Shown: positions 36,247 through 50,317, numbered from the stretch's first letter. The stretch: 64,000 nucleotides of DNA from Lepidodermella squamata (GCA_047495785.1 JBLDXI010000074.1:124001-188000), one strand, 5' to 3'. Program-made: numbers and translations. The notes: a model not told the origin generated them from the letters alone.

Positions 36247-39041
36247 TCATAGAATTTCCTCAATTTTGCAGTAGACCTGGTTATCGAAACCAGGCAACGG
36301 GTCGTCATCATTGCGCAGCTCGAGCGTCGCTAAATTCGCGTCCAAATTTTTCCCGCCATATTTATTCAAACTCGCCCGTTTCCGCTCGAGTTCATGCACG
36401 GGGAAAAACCGAAATCGGTACTTCCGGCCAAACCGGCTAAACGCGTGCCGGACATCTCGTAGGCACAGCAGTTCAAGCGGCTTGGATGCGAAGAGGCAGT
36501 ACGGCCCTGAGCCGTCGCTGTTGAAGTAGAAAATTCGGCAGCCGGAATAGCCGTTTTTACCACCGCGTATCAGCCCGTCTTCCAGTTCATTATCGCCATT
36601 CTCCGGAGAACTCAACGCGTGGTGATTTGTACTACCGAAATACAGCGACTTTTTATGCGAACCGCCGTTGAAAAACGAGTGATTGTTGCTATTCGCTTCA
36701 TGCGTCGGCGAAGTCGCGGCTACGGCGAGTTCTTTCAACTCGGCAACTTCCCGCCGTCCTTCCGATATTAAGTCGTGAATTTTCGACTGCAAATGCGAGA
36801 CTAAGCGATCGCGTTCCGCCAGCGACGCCTGCATATCGGCCAACTGCCGGTCGCGATCAACCAACCGGCATTGCAGTTCGCGTTTTTCCAGCGCCAACTC
36901 GTCTATAGTCAAGTTCATTTCGCAAATTTGCGTACGAAGTTGCAGGACAATGGCGTCGTGGCTGCTGTTGTTATTGTTTAGAGGCGCCTTTTGACCGCCC
37001 GTGCTATTTGTTCCTTCGTCTGCTGCGCCGTCTTGTTCAAACAGCTGTAAAGAAATATTGTTTGTTTTCAAATATTGGTTGTATATATTTATGAAACACT
37101 AACCATTTGCTGCAGTAGTAGTAGCGTCTTTTTCGCGTTTGCGATGTCAGACTGAAGGCCGTTAAAATCTTGCTCATCCATCACGATTTGCTTGTTATTG
37201 CCACTGCTTTCTAACGAACAAGTCGAAGTTGCACCGTTTGATCCAGCTTGAAAAAATTGAATGAAAATTTTTAAAAAAATCCTTGTGGAACAATGAAAGG
37301 GGACATTTTGTAAAACGGTTTTAACCCTTAGGCTATTTTTCACGGCCAACAAAGCGGCATTGGTGAGAATACATGTGTAACAAACAAATAACAGGTAAAT
37401 TGCATTATTAGATCGCACACTGCGAGAGCAATTAGCCCATTATCTCAAGCTTAGAAACCACAACAGGCCACCTCAAGATAAAAAATGAGAAAAAATCCCG
37501 TCCTAATGACCAAGTCTGAATGATTAGATTAAGTCATGAAAAACAAGATAAAAACAACTAAAATCAATAATTAAAATTTTATTATTGCTCCGCCTCCATA
37601 ATTGAGGGAAGAGCTCCTAGCAGCTAAGTGGCAATTGGAATAAATTTCTTTTTATAATAAACAGAAGCTCGATAAATTAGATTTCGGCTTTGAGGATAAA
37701 AACAGGGAAAAATTTACGATAATTAAGATTTATTTGACTGGCGAGAGAATTTTCAATTCTACGATCGTGAGGTTTAGAGACAGCCCGAAATTTAGAATTT
37801 TCCCAAAATATAGCTTATTCAACTTTTTCTCAGTAAATTCTAAAGAGACAAATCAAGAGAGAAATGTCGGTTTTTGATCGGTTGAACTAGAGAAATCCAG
37901 AAATTTTGAATTTCAGCACCAATATTTCCCACAATTTAGCCTATTCGAATTTTTCTCAATAAATTCTCAAGATGCTAAGAACCAAGATCTATTGTCGCTA
38001 TCAACTAAAAAATTTTCGAGATTTTTTGCTGATTTCAAATTTTGAGGTTATCAAAAAATCACGAATTCCTCCTTAAAATTCCATAATGCGATAAAAATGC
38101 ATTCTCATACCTTGGGCTTCATGGCTGAGTGGCGATGAGACCTGAGAATCCTCCCTCGAATTCGGAATACACTCATCCACCTCATCGTCGAACATCTGCG
38201 TAGAAGACGGCCGCTGGCCATGTCCCAAAACCGACAAATCCGAGTAGATTCCGGACGAATTCGACAGCACTGTTCTCGGCGATCGAACCGCCTTGTATTT
38301 CAGCAACTTCGCCGTATAAATCTGCTGTTGATTCTGCGGCGGAGGCCGCGAAAAAGTCGGCGAAATGCACGACGACTGATTGCTGCCGCTACTCCTAGCC
38401 GGCGTAACCGGCGGCGATGGTGTCATATAAGAATCTGAGCTGAAATTGAACACCCGTTGAACAACAGGTGGTTGATGCGTCGGTGTTTTCGGGGTACTAG
38501 TCACCATCGTCGCCGCCGCCGTCGATGGCTGGCGCATGACGCTATGCGGGCGAAAATGCGCGGCAAGCGCTAGGAGAAGGCGCAGCGTGGCGCGTATATC
38601 GCCGTCGACAACTTCAGTCGACAGTACCGGGTGCATTTTGACGCGCCACCGCAGCGCAAATTTCAGCACTTCATCAACGTTTGTCAACATTTGCTGCCGC
38701 GTAACAGGGTGCGGGTGCACTTTTTCGAGTTTTTCGCCGTTTGACAACTTCTCGACTAGCCGCGCTAGAATGACGCCGTTTCGCAAATCTCGCCCCAGGT
38801 CTTTCACGGCGGCCCCCGGGCTCGGTACCATCAACCCGGGTCTGCTCTGAACTAACTGATTTGGGCTATTTCCATTGCTTGGACTGCCACTTTCAGCGAG
38901 AATCGAGTTGATCCAGGCGATGTACGTGTCGCATGTGCATTTATCGAGAGGCGGCCCGGTGGATAGGCTGGATGGGTGATGGTGAAGAGGGCCGGTGAAA
39001 CGGGCCGAGGTAACGGTTTGGTCGGGCAGGATACCAGACAT
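36247..39041 (-). CDS. DIXDC1: Dixin (CH domain, coiled coil, DIX domain)
   Basis: Exons 39041-38111, 37246-37104, 37044-36247; CH domain (YIAWINSIL, DLRNGVILARLVE), coiled coil, C-terminal DIX (YRFRFF...ELRNDDDPLPGFDNQV). Confidence 0.88.
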
Positions 39042-39990
39042 CAGGAAGATTTATAGTTCACTCCATTCGTTCAATTTATATTAAATCACCTAAAATGTGG
39101 CAGCAAAAATACTAATTAATCAAGGGAATAAAATACAAATCGCGCTTTGCCAGAAAAACTAAAAAAATGTCTAATACGAGCTTGCTTTGAAGCTTGCTTC
39201 AAGGCGTAATTATTCCAGATATTATCCGTGAAATGGAAATTTGAGATATAAAAGCGAACATAATTGCCATCGAGTATACTAACTTTCTCATAAAATTGTA
39301 GCACCTATGTAACATCTTTTGGGCAATTTTTTGACAACAAATTTATTGCCTTCAGCATAAAAAAGGAAGAAATAAAAAGAGTGAGGCCTCGAAAAACATC
39401 ATGGCGCTAAAGCGTAAATCCGAAATTTTGAAAATTATCTATTTCTCGAAGTTTCAGCAGATCGCAAGCTTAAATTATTTTCAAAATTTGTGGTACTTCA
39501 ATATTTTTTATGGAATTTTGCCAGATATTAATATGACCAGCGTTTCCTATAGTTGTCGCCACTGCCGCACTCGGAAGTGAATGTAACAAAACAGGAAAAA
39601 TTGAAAGAAAGAAAGCTCGTTTCATTATTTCCTCGGCCCGCAAAAATATGAGGACACAAAAATAGTAGCCACCACCGTCACAGCCCATACAAGTCCGGGC
39701 GGAATCCGTCATCAAACTGTACAGCAATAATAACAGCGATAATAATAATAACAAAAAGAAATGATGACGGGTTGTTTTTTACACAGACGGTTCGGTACTC
39801 GGTTTAAGAAGAGAAAGTCAGAGAAAAAACAGGTAGTCGGATTTTCTTGTAGTAGTTTGAAGCAACAATGCAGCGGTTATATCGACTTCAAAAAATATAT
39901 ATATTCAATATGTGTTACTCGGCTTGCAAGTTTTCAAAGGAAGGTACCGAACAAAAATTCATCCATCTCAAATTTCGATATAATAATTTA

Positions 39991-42393
39991 CTATTGCTGC
40001 AAGCGACCGGTGAGAAGATTTTTGCGCGACGCCGACCACACGTCCTCATCGTCTTCGATATCGTCGTCGAAATGGCCACTGTCGCCAAATTCACCGGCTG
40101 AAAGGCCGTTACTAGTGACCAGAGGCTCTGATTCACCCTCGCCATCACGGGTAACAGCTTTGTGGCTCACACCATGCGCCAGATCTGACATTTCCAACTC
40201 ATTGGACTGCTGATTTGATTCGCCTAAATCAAGACAAAAATTACCAAAAATCCCCAAAAAAAATTAAATAAAATCGTTCAAATTTAAATTTAGTGATTAG
40301 AATCTTAAATTAAAAATCAACGGTTAACTGCGATATAGCGTGTTGCATAAAAGATGTGCTATCATCTACCAAATGGATTAGGAAGTTTTCACAAGTAATT
40401 GGTAACAAAGCAAGTCCCATCACCTTTGTAAATTTGCCACCGCCACCAATTTGTTATATGTCTTGTATTATTATTATTTTTTTTTAGGTTTGAAATGGAA
40501 AAGTGAAGTATGGTTAATGTAGGAAAGGAATAAAGCGGGCAAAAGCGGCACTAACTTACTACGACCTTGCTTAAACTTGACGAAAGCGTGAAGCGCAATG
40601 CCGCACAGACACATCGCAACGCCGGCCCAGTTCAACGGCGAGATTGGGTCGTTCTTGAAGTAAGCCGCCAACAGCAATGTGCATAGTTCCTGAAAAGCGA
40701 GAAATTATCGTAGATTAAGATGCTTACAACTAACATTAAATTCAAGATTATTATATCAGATAGACATCTCTGTAACAAAATATTTTAAGTAGGCTTTCGT
40801 TAAGATTTTCATGATTGTATTTGACCAACGTTTTCACATCTGAGATATTAGACAAATTCTCAAGTACATGTTTTTAACTCTAAAGCCTAATAATATTGAA
40901 CGGCTTACGAAAGATTAGATGGCCAATCTCGTTTTAGTACTAAAGGATTTTCTTCAGTCGTTGGATGATATTCAATAAAAATAATGATATCCGAATTCCA
41001 AATTAATGCTGCAATGCTATTTTCCAGCGCAATAATTTATATCCCCCAATTGAAAATCGGTTAAATTAGACAAAACTTGAACAAATTTGGCCCTTTTTAC
41101 GAGTATTTGGTCTGAAAAAATCGCGAGATGTTAATTTTTCTGCTCCGCAATGTCCCTCGCAATAATCAAGGTTTGAAACTTACTTTTAAGATTCCAGAAA
41201 CTGAGAGAGTAAGAGATGAAGTATTTCGCACGAGCAAAAATTCAGAAAATTCCAGCAGAAACGCGAGAACACAACCGGCGAGAAGTAGGCCTATCGCAAA
41301 GGCGAAGGAATTGTTTTTATCACCAAGTTCAGTCGCGAAAAAGTAAGGACTGAGCGCGAAGTCAACGCCCTCGTTGACAACAGACAGCGGAAGAATGCTA
41401 ATAGCCATGAACGGCTGCAAGTGGTACATTAAATCGAGCGGATTATTCAGGCCAATCTCCGCTTTCTGCATGACCAGCTGCGTGAGAGACCAGCGAACGC
41501 CGGACAGCGCCGAAGCCATTAGAACCAGGATGAAGCCACCGGTGCTGAACTGAGATGAGCGGTACGTGAACAGAAACAGCCCGCCGGCTATCAACACCAC
41601 AAGAACTCCAGTCGACCATCGCTAGATAATATTTTCGTCGTAAAACTACTACTCATTAAATCGAGTGCAATAAAACTTACAGCTTTTTCAATCTTGAAAA
41701 CAACCGAGAAGAATAAAACAAACAAAATAGCCGAGCTTTTCGTCATTGTATATCTGTTTGCGGTGTAATTAAAAACATCGAGACGGTGTTTAATTATCAT
41801 AATATTTTGAATAAATATTTACAGCGAAATAGTGACGAATTCAAAGCTCCAGTTTGAAAGACCAATGTCCAGCGACCCAGCAACAGCTAAATAACAATAA
41901 TTATCACTTAGATATTACGCGAAATTGTGGCTTTATCTACGTTTATCTAGCTCATAATGAGACTCATTGTTTGAAGAACAAGTTATATAGAGGATATTTA
42001 TTAAAGAATTTATCAATTTTTGAAAAATATTGATTAATTTGCCTTAATTATTAATGGATGACTTCTCATTAAATCTTACCGCATGGAAGAATTCGCATCA
42101 AGCATTGCCTCCAATTAAGGTGGATGACTCTCATTGTACCTCGCCACATGAATATCGTGCGAACCATACTCGCAATCATGAATTTTACAACGAAGTGGCA
42201 TAGCGTTAGAATCAACGGAAAATTGAAATTCTGCGTGGGTGAAATACAAATTGCATAATTTAAACGTTTTGATTTTTGCTGCACGACTCACTCGCACAAA
42301 ATTCTGGTTGTAAAATGTGATGCCAATGGAAGTGAGATAATAGAACCCGATGAGACAGCCGACCTTCAGCACCGTGATGCAACACTGCTTCAT
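39991..42393 (-). CDS. SLC35C2: Solute carrier family 35 member C2 (multi-exon)
   Basis: SIGITFYN, FPLILTLCHFVVKF, YTMTKSS, GLFLFTYRSSQF, SGVRWSLTQLVMQKAEIGLNNPLDLMYHLQP, SEFLLVRNTSSLTLSVSGILKE spread over GT-AG-bounded exons. Confidence 0.9.
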
Positions 42394-42578
42394 ATCGTAA
42401 AAACACTCGCTTCGGGCTTCACCGCATGGCTTTCAATGCAGCATAATATACCTAGCGGGCATAAACAATACGAGATTATGAAAAATTAATTGAAATAATC
42501 GTGTTATTTTGAAAATCAAAAAATAAATAACGGCAGGCACCAGGGCTCATGATTAAATCACAGGTAGGTATATTGTTA

Positions 42579-43070
42579 TCATTTCGACGGGTCAACAATC
42601 AACAAATCCGGATCGTCAAATTCCTCTTCATTTGAATTGCTAAAAATGTAAGGCCGGCCATGAGGCCCCAAAGAGTCGTAGTTGTCGTAGTAAGGGTATG
42701 ACAATAAATGCTCGGGGAACCGGCCTTGGGGTAACAAATAGGCTAAAATTGTTTCATTGATTCGACTGCCATCGGATAACTTTTCCAGCTCAATAGTCTG
42801 TCGAACGTAATAATCAGGGTGGCCTTCCAATTCGTCCAAATTGGCTAATACTTCACTATCGACGTCGTAAATTTCACCGAATATTTGGTGACCTCGACCA
42901 GGAACTTGAAGCATAAATGGAAGATTAAATCTCGTGCCAATAACCAGTGGATATTTTTGAGCAGTTCTAGCAGTTTGAACAAATTTTGCTTTGGAAGGAT
43001 CGGCAAGGAATGAGTGATTTGGCTGTCCCTTTTTCAAAGAACCATAAACAAAAACTCGGGTGTACTCCAT
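42579..43070 (-). CDS. GGACT: Gamma-glutamylamine cyclotransferase paralogue 1 (AIG2-like); alternative ATG at 43106
   Basis: VFVYGSLKKGQPNH, GEIYDVD, LDELEGHP (catalytic Glu). Confidence 0.9.
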   Translation of the reverse strand: MEYTRVFVYGSLKKGQPNHSFLADPSKAKFVQTARTAQKYPLVIGTRFNLPFMLQVPGRGHQIFGEIYDVDSEVLANLDELEGHPDYYVRQTIELEKLSDGSRINETILAYLLPQGRFPEHLLSYPYYDNYDSLGPHGRPYIFSNSNEEEFDDPDLLIVDPSK

Positions 43071-43141
43071 CGTTAATAAAATTGACCTAGCAATAAAATT
43101 CGGCATCTAAATCATCAGGCAAGCGTAGTGGAAAATTTTGA

Positions 43142-43663
43142 TCAAATTTTGCATTCCGATTTTGATTTTGATCCATGCCAAGTTGAAAGTAAGTCTTTGT
43201 CCTCAAAATCCCCTTCCCATGCATCGCTGAAAATATATCGGCGCCCGTGCTCGCCGTAAGAATCGTAACAGGACATGCAGGGATACGTCAAAAGATGGTC
43301 AGGAAAGCGATTACGAGGTAGCAAGTAAGCTTGGACCGGGTATGTAATTGGGGTAGCGTCAGCATAATCAGTCACGGATATGAGTTGTCTGACGTAGTAA
43401 TTGGGATGAAATTCCAGCGCATCCAATTCAGCCAAAATATTATCATCTACCACATAGATTTCTCCAATGACTTGCTCGCCACGTCCGGGTACTTCAAGGA
43501 GAAATGGCAAATTAAACTGCGTACCAATGACGAGGGGAAATTTCTCTACGGTACGAGCGTGTTTAATAAATTTGGCGTAACCTTTTGAAGGGTCTTCAAG
43601 TAATCTATGGTTGGGTTGACCTGATTTCAAGGTTCCATAAACAAATATTCTAGTTAGAGCCAT
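43142..43663 (-). CDS. GGACT: Gamma-glutamylamine cyclotransferase paralogue 2
   Basis: IFVYGTLKSGQPNH, GEIYVVD, LDALEFHP. Confidence 0.9.
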   Translation of the reverse strand: MALTRIFVYGTLKSGQPNHRLLEDPSKGYAKFIKHARTVEKFPLVIGTQFNLPFLLEVPGRGEQVIGEIYVVDDNILAELDALEFHPNYYVRQLISVTDYADATPITYPVQAYLLPRNRFPDHLLTYPCMSCYDSYGEHGRRYIFSDAWEGDFEDKDLLSTWHGSKSKSECKI

Positions 43664-43848
43664 TTCTTCACTTATAAATACGGAATTATACCTAAAATAA
43701 CACAAAATACCAATTATATGATTACATTAATTTCAATAGGCACCGGGAGTTGGCAAGCAGTCACAAGAATCAGGTAAAAATATATTAATTAGAATGCAAA
43801 TATTGACTGGTTCTAATTACCGCGCAATATGTCTCAAACAACTAAAGT

Positions 43849-44355
43849 TCAATGAAGTTTGTGCCGATGCCAGCTAATTAATACATCGGGGTCATCAACT
43901 TTCTCATCCCGAGACTTGCTTCGGACGTATTGACGACCATGTGGCCCATTGGTATCGTAGGAAGTCATGTAAGGATATGACAACAAGTGCTCTGGAAATC
44001 GATCACGAGGTAGTAAATATGCTTGGACTTTCTCATCGATTGCAATTCCCGTCAATGCATCGACGAGCCTAATATCCTGCCTAATGTAATAATTAGGATG
44101 ATCCTCGAGCAAGTCTAGCGTTGCGAGAACACTATCATCCACTTCGTAAATTTCACCATTAACATTATCGCCAACGCCAGGAACTTGTAGTAAGAATGGT
44201 ATGTTGAACTGTGTAGCAATGACTAGAGGATACTTTTCATAAGTCACTGCTTTTTGGATAAACTTTGCTGAACCATCCGATGGATCTTCGAGTAATTTAT
44301 GATTCGGCTGTCCCTTCTTTAAAGTTCCATAAACGAATACCTTGGTAAATGGCAT
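43849..44355 (-). CDS. GGACT: Gamma-glutamylamine cyclotransferase paralogue 3
   Basis: VFVYGTLKKGQPNH, GEIYEVD, LDLLEDHP. Confidence 0.9.
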   Translation of the reverse strand: MPFTKVFVYGTLKKGQPNHKLLEDPSDGSAKFIQKAVTYEKYPLVIATQFNIPFLLQVPGVGDNVNGEIYEVDDSVLATLDLLEDHPNYYIRQDIRLVDALTGIAIDEKVQAYLLPRDRFPEHLLSYPYMTSYDTNGPHGRQYVRSKSRDEKVDDPDVLISWHRHKLH

Positions 44356-45213
44356 CTAAGTAAGAATGAATCTAGTATTATGGCAATGTTAGTTGAGAGT
44401 CTCGAGGTGTCAGTTGACAAGAATGCAAGCTAATCAGTGGTCAATAATCAATTGCCAATTTCCTAAGCCTAAGCTAACGAGTTGAGAGTTGGAACTCAAA
44501 TAGAATTGAGTTAATAGGTGATCGACCGGTAACAAAACGGACTGGCAACTGGCCTCTGACGCCTGAAGCCTGGAGCCTGGTGCCTAGTGCGATCGGCTTT
44601 CTTTCGCGAAGTGTGGATCTGGGGTTCGCTTTTCATTCACATTTTTGGTTCGGTTTTTTTGTGAGAATACGCGAAGATCACTAATTATTAAAAATATATG
44701 TGATTTTGGCAATAAAAGGGTTTAAGCCTTTTCTCAGCCATATTCAATTATTATTGCGCAATAAAATGTTTAGACCAGTCAAGGATGTGCGCGCTAAAAC
44801 CGAGTCCAAAGTCCAAAAAGATCGCCGAAACCGCCGGTAAGGTGGAAACCACAGGGAGCTGTTTTTCTTATCTTGGAGTTGGTTTTTCTTTCGACATACA
44901 GAGCCCTTAGCAGATTAAAGTTTCCTTAAACACACCCCTCTGAGGCTGATTTGAAAGGACAACTAAGTTTTCCTTTCTAGTTTTTCTAGTCTTAGTTTTT
45001 CTTTCTAGTTTTTTTTAAGTTTACTGGTTTGGAATTTAGTCGTATTGAATCCTGAAAGATTCACCTCCAGCTTATGTGATATAGTTGGATTCTTTGCCTC
45101 TTAAATCAAGAGTTAAATAGTTGAAAGTTTCATTCACACGCTTCTTCTTCTTCTTCTTCTTCTTATTGATAGCTGTATGTGTTATTTTGCATTCGCAATG
45201 TAGGCGGTAGACA

Positions 45214-47250
45214 ATGAAAAGAACTCACGAACAGGCTTTTAAAGAATTTAATGACTCCGTTCATGGCTTCATCGAGCTCAACTCGACCTTGCTCGCCTTT
45301 ATCGATACTCCACAATTCCAGCGACTGCGATATGTCAAGCAGTTGGGACTAACTTATTTCGTTTACTTCGGCGCTATGCATTCACGATTCGAGCACTGCA
45401 TTGGGTATACTTATCATACCAATATATTTTATCCATTTCACCATTCTATCTTATTAGCACATGCTACTTGGCGGGGTTATTAGTGCGACGATTGCGAGAT
45501 CTACAACCTGAACTCAACATCACACCGCAAGATATTCTTTGCGTTGAAATTGCAGCTCTATGTCATGACTTGGGTATGAATACTTGCTCAACGTAAACGA
45601 ATTATCAGCCAAGCTTGAATGTCTTATTTAAGGACATGGCCCGTTTTCGCATTCTTTCGAAATGTTTATGCATCAGGCGAGGCCTGAAAGGAAGTGGGAG
45701 GTACGCATTTATATGACAATCAATCCACATCAACACATACTTTTTCTTGCAGCATGAGATGGCATCGATGGAAATGCTGGAATGCCTTATTGCTGACAAT
45801 CATCGCGTAAAAGAGGAACTTGCCAATGCTGGCCTCGGCGCTAAAGACATCCAATTCATCAAAGACCTCATCAACGGTTACCGTACTCCGGACTGTGGCC
45901 GTGACAAAAAGAAAGCTTTCCTCTTCAACATTGTGGCCAACAAAGAAAACGGAATCGATGTTGACAAATTCGATTACTTTGCCCGAGATTGTCACCATTC
46001 TGGTCTTCGTTACGGTTTCGATCACCTTCGCGTCATCAAAAACACGCGAGTTCTTTTCACCGCCGATGGTGTTAGTCACATTTGCTTCCGAGACAAGGTC
46101 GGTACTCAATTATCAATAGGATCAATTAGTTGTTTACCTTATCATTAATTTCGATTATTAGATCGTTAATGATCTCGGCGATATGTTTCAATTCAGATAC
46201 TTGCTGCATAGAAGAGCGGTAGGCTTGCTTGGAATTGCTTTACTAATGAGACTAACTTGCTATTATTAATAATTTAGTACCAACACCGCACGACGCGATT
46301 GCTGGAATACATGTAAGTTTTCCCGGTAAATAAATGGCTAGCAGGGTCAAATTAAAATCGATATTCAGGATGACCGAGGTGTTATTGAAAGCAGACAAAT
46401 ATTTGCAATTCGAGGGCAAAGGCGGCAAAATGCTTACGTTATCCGAGTGCGTCGATGACATGGTTGCGTATTCTAAATTACGCGACAGCATTATTGACAT
46501 GATTCGTTGGTCAAATGACGAGCGCCTCTTGCCGGCTAAACAAATTCTGGAGGCAATCGAACGCCGCGAACACTACAAAAGAATCGGCGAGGTTGAACTC
46601 GATAAAGATGAGGATGAAAAAGAGCTACAACAGCACATTGTTGATAAGTGTAAACTGCCAAAAGAGGACGTTGTTGTTATTGTGAGTTGCTAATTTTCCG
46701 TGCGCTTGAGTTTCAGTCCCAAGTATTTTTTTCCTGTGCAGCCTGTTAAATTCAATTTTGGTCACGGCATCAACAATCCGCTAGAGAAGGTGCTTTTCTT
46801 TGAGAAGGGAAGCTCAGACCCGCAACAGCTGTCAACGGCTAAGGTGAGTGCTATGCGTATTCAAATTTGTACCTCGCAAAGTGGTTTTTTCATGTCTCAG
46901 GGCGCTATCCTCTCACGTTTCAATGCCGAGAAGTATTCCTACCGTAAGAGCAGTGTGTATTTGAAAAAACGTGACGATTTGCAGTTGTATCACACTGCCC
47001 TGGACGCTTTCAATGAATGGTGCCGTCTGAAGAGCGCGCGTGCCAAAGTCTGTTTTCAATTCAATTTTTCAAAACAGCGACGCACTAATTATTGTCTCAT
47101 TTTGCATAGACGAACGATCTTGACTTCACGCCTCACAAGGGCGGCATCCCTATCGACGGCGTAAACAATCTGTCGCCGCCTGAAACTGTGAAAAGAAATA
47201 CACCGAGCTCGTATTCGGACGCGAAATCCCGCCGCGCGCTCGATAAATAA
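45214..47250 (+). CDS. SAMHD1: SAMHD1-like dNTP triphosphohydrolase (10 exons, no SAM domain visible)
   Basis: [56 protein letters not shown] assembled across nine short GT-AG introns. Confidence 0.93.
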
Positions 47251-47488
47251 ATAACAGCAAATCTTCCAACGAATTATTTCAGCTTTATTTCAGCTTTTAT
47301 ACTCGACTGCCTTGAAGATTGAACGGTGCTCGTTCTTGCCTGCGAAAATGAGATGATCCGATTATTTGATTGACTATCACCATTCCTGCACTTTTGTTTG
47401 CGCACGCCTTGTACTTGATAATATATTCGAGAAAATTTGACATTAATTACTTATTTTTCCTCTGATTTATAGACTGTTTTTACATGTA

Positions 47489-50317
47489 ATGATGTTGAAT
47501 GTCAAATATTTGCGTAGCCACCCTGAATTGACAACGGCTGTCATATTAGCCGGCGCTGGGCTGACCGGCATCACAGTATGGCGGTATCTTGAAAGCGTGC
47601 GAGAGAAGCAGACGAAATGGGCCCGAATAGAAGATTTACGAGAGAGTGAAGCTGAATTTCGGCGTGATTTACTGCTGAAACTTGAGCCTAACGCGGCGAG
47701 ACATCTCGAAATTTGCGAGTTGACCTTTGAAGAGTTGGTTCATCAACTTCAAAGCGGCAAATTGACAGCGATAGAGGCGTTACATGCCTATCAATATGGT
47801 GCTTTAAGAGCGACGGCGAAAACAAATTGCGTCGCTCAATTTGTTGGAGATGCCGAGAAAAGAGCGCTAGAACTCGACGCTCTACCTCGGAGCCATCAGA
47901 AAAAGCCGTTACATGGAGTTCCAGTCACCTTAAAAGACACCTTTCTACTCGAAGGAACCGAGGCAACAGTCGGTAAATTATATTTTGAATAAATTTAAAT
48001 TAAATTCAAAATAAATTCGCCTATATAAATCAACTATTTAAATATCGAACTTTTGAAAAACATGAAAATGTATTTTTTTAATTTTAAAATTGAAAAAATT
48101 CAGCTAATTTTTTTTAAATTTTCAAATAATTTTTTCCAGGCTTCAGCTCGTATATTGGAAAAAATAAACATGTTGGTACTTCGCCTGTTGTCCAGTTTTT
48201 GATCGATCAAGGCTGCGTGCCATTTGCGAAAACCAATGTCCCACAGGGCATCTTGTCATTTGACTCGCGAAACCCAGTCTACGGCATAACTACTCATCCT
48301 CTGTACCCGAAACGATCCCCAGGCGGGTCGACCAGCGGCGAAGGCGCTATTCTCGCGCAGCACGGGTCGATTCTAGGCATTGGTACAGATATCGGAGGCA
48401 GTTCTCGCATTCCGCCGGCGTGGTGTGGCGCGTGCAGTTTGAAACCGACCAGCCAGCGGATGATTTCAGACCGGGGCGGAGCGGAACCGGGTTCTGATGG
48501 CACCCTAAGAGTGATGCGTAAGTCGAAAATATTTATTGATAAAAAATTAATTTTTTTACACGTTGTGAAAATAACTGGCAAAACAAAATTAAACTGGATA
48601 ATTAAATTAAAAACTATTGTATTAATTAATTGAACTAATTGAACTAAAAATGTATTTATTGAATTGAATTAATATGGGAATATTAATTTTTTCTTTCTGT
48701 AGCTCCGGATTTTGGAACGTACTCTTTTATGACTCGCGATGTCGAAACACTGTCAACAGTCTACCGGTTATTTTTTTCTGAGGAAACCTATTCGAAAAAT
48801 CCAGAACTCGTCCCGCTGTCATGGCGCGATAATTTATTCACCAGCGATAAACCACTAACAATCGGCTATTACTACTCGTTAACAAGCACCGTCGAATCAG
48901 TACCGGCGATGAAACGCGGCATTCGGATAGCGAAAGAAGCCCTCGAAAAATGCGGCCATAAACTCGTAGAATTCTACCCACCCAACCCTAGAAAGGCTTA
49001 TTTATTAGAAGTCGAGGCGTTTGTCGTCGACGGCGGTTTAGATACAGGAAAGGCGTTGAATGAAGACGTTGAAATCTCCTACCCCAACCAGCATTTAGTC
49101 GCATCAACGTGGCCTGCGTGGTACCGGTCGCTTTTCGCCTGGTGGAATAAACGCGCGTTAGGCTCGCTGCCCATCGAGGGTCTATTCGCTATGGTAGTCG
49201 GTAAGAATCCGCACGATTTGAACGTGACGTGGCGCAAGGTGAAGGCGTATAGGCGCGAGTTTTTGGACGCGATGCGGCTGGCTGGCGTCGATGCGTTGCT
49301 TGGGCCGAGTTTCCCGGCGCCGGCGTGCCACTTGAACGACCCGAGGGATATGTTTTCGGCGGTGGTGTACACGGCTCTGTTCAATGTGCTCAACTTCCCG
49401 GCTGGTATTGTACCGGTTACCAAAGTCAGCCAAGCTGATCAGGTAAAAAATTCTTCTGATTCATTTTTGACAATTTTTTTTAATGAAATATTCCGAATTT
49501 CCTATACTTACAGTTGAATACATTTTCACTGAAATTCCAATAATTGTTAAAAAAAAATCGCAATTATTCCCTCAATTTTTTTCTTTGTTTAAAGAAATGA
49601 GCAAAATGTTACGAATACATTTTTTGAAATCCAGGCAAACAATTCTCATAAAATTCGAGTTTCATATATTTTATTCTCCACTAAAATTAATCAATTTATC
49701 AAAAAATACTTGGAATTTCGAACAAAATATATAGTTCTTTCGATGGGAAAAATTGAAAAATTATTTTTCCCTTAATTGGGCTCGTCACATTCTATTTCCG
49801 CTATCGTGAATTAACTTGGTAAATTAGAAATGGCGAGGCATTCAGGTCGGGTGGGCTTCATCGCGGCCATAAACCACGAAATACTTGGCTATTTTCATCA
49901 CAATTTTGCAGCTGCTCCTTCATTTTTCTGGGTTTACTGCCCATCTGTCGTATTTTCGGCTTATTTAATGACCAACCCGCAGAAAAATGGCCAGCCATTT
50001 TTTATTACGAAAATTCTCTCGCAGTAAAAATGTATTATTCGTAGCGTCTAGCCACAAGGGAAAAATTTAAAAAAATTTGAAATTCAACTTTTATTTGTTC
50101 TCAATTTTTCTAGAACGCAATGGCATCGTATCCTGAGTTGGATCTGACGCATCGAGTGATAAAGAACAGCTTATCAGCGGATTCTGTCGGTTTGCCTATC
50201 GCAGCTCAAATCGCATCGGCGCCTTACAATGAAGAAATTGTTCTTCGACTGATGCGAGACCTCGAATCAAAACTGCCCGCTACGAAAAACGGCAACAGCA
50301 GCCCACCCTCGCCGTGA
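47489..50317 (+). CDS. FAAH: Fatty-acid amide hydrolase-like amidase-signature enzyme
   Basis: Exons about 47489-47972, 48140-48517, 48703-49442, 50114-50317; N-terminal TM helix, LHGVPVTLKD, SPGGSTSGEG, GTDIGGSSRIP (Lys-Ser-Ser triad). Confidence 0.88.

Noticed and set aside
45141-45163. (CTT)n microsatellite upstream of SAMHD1
   Set aside because: Ordinary short simple repeat.
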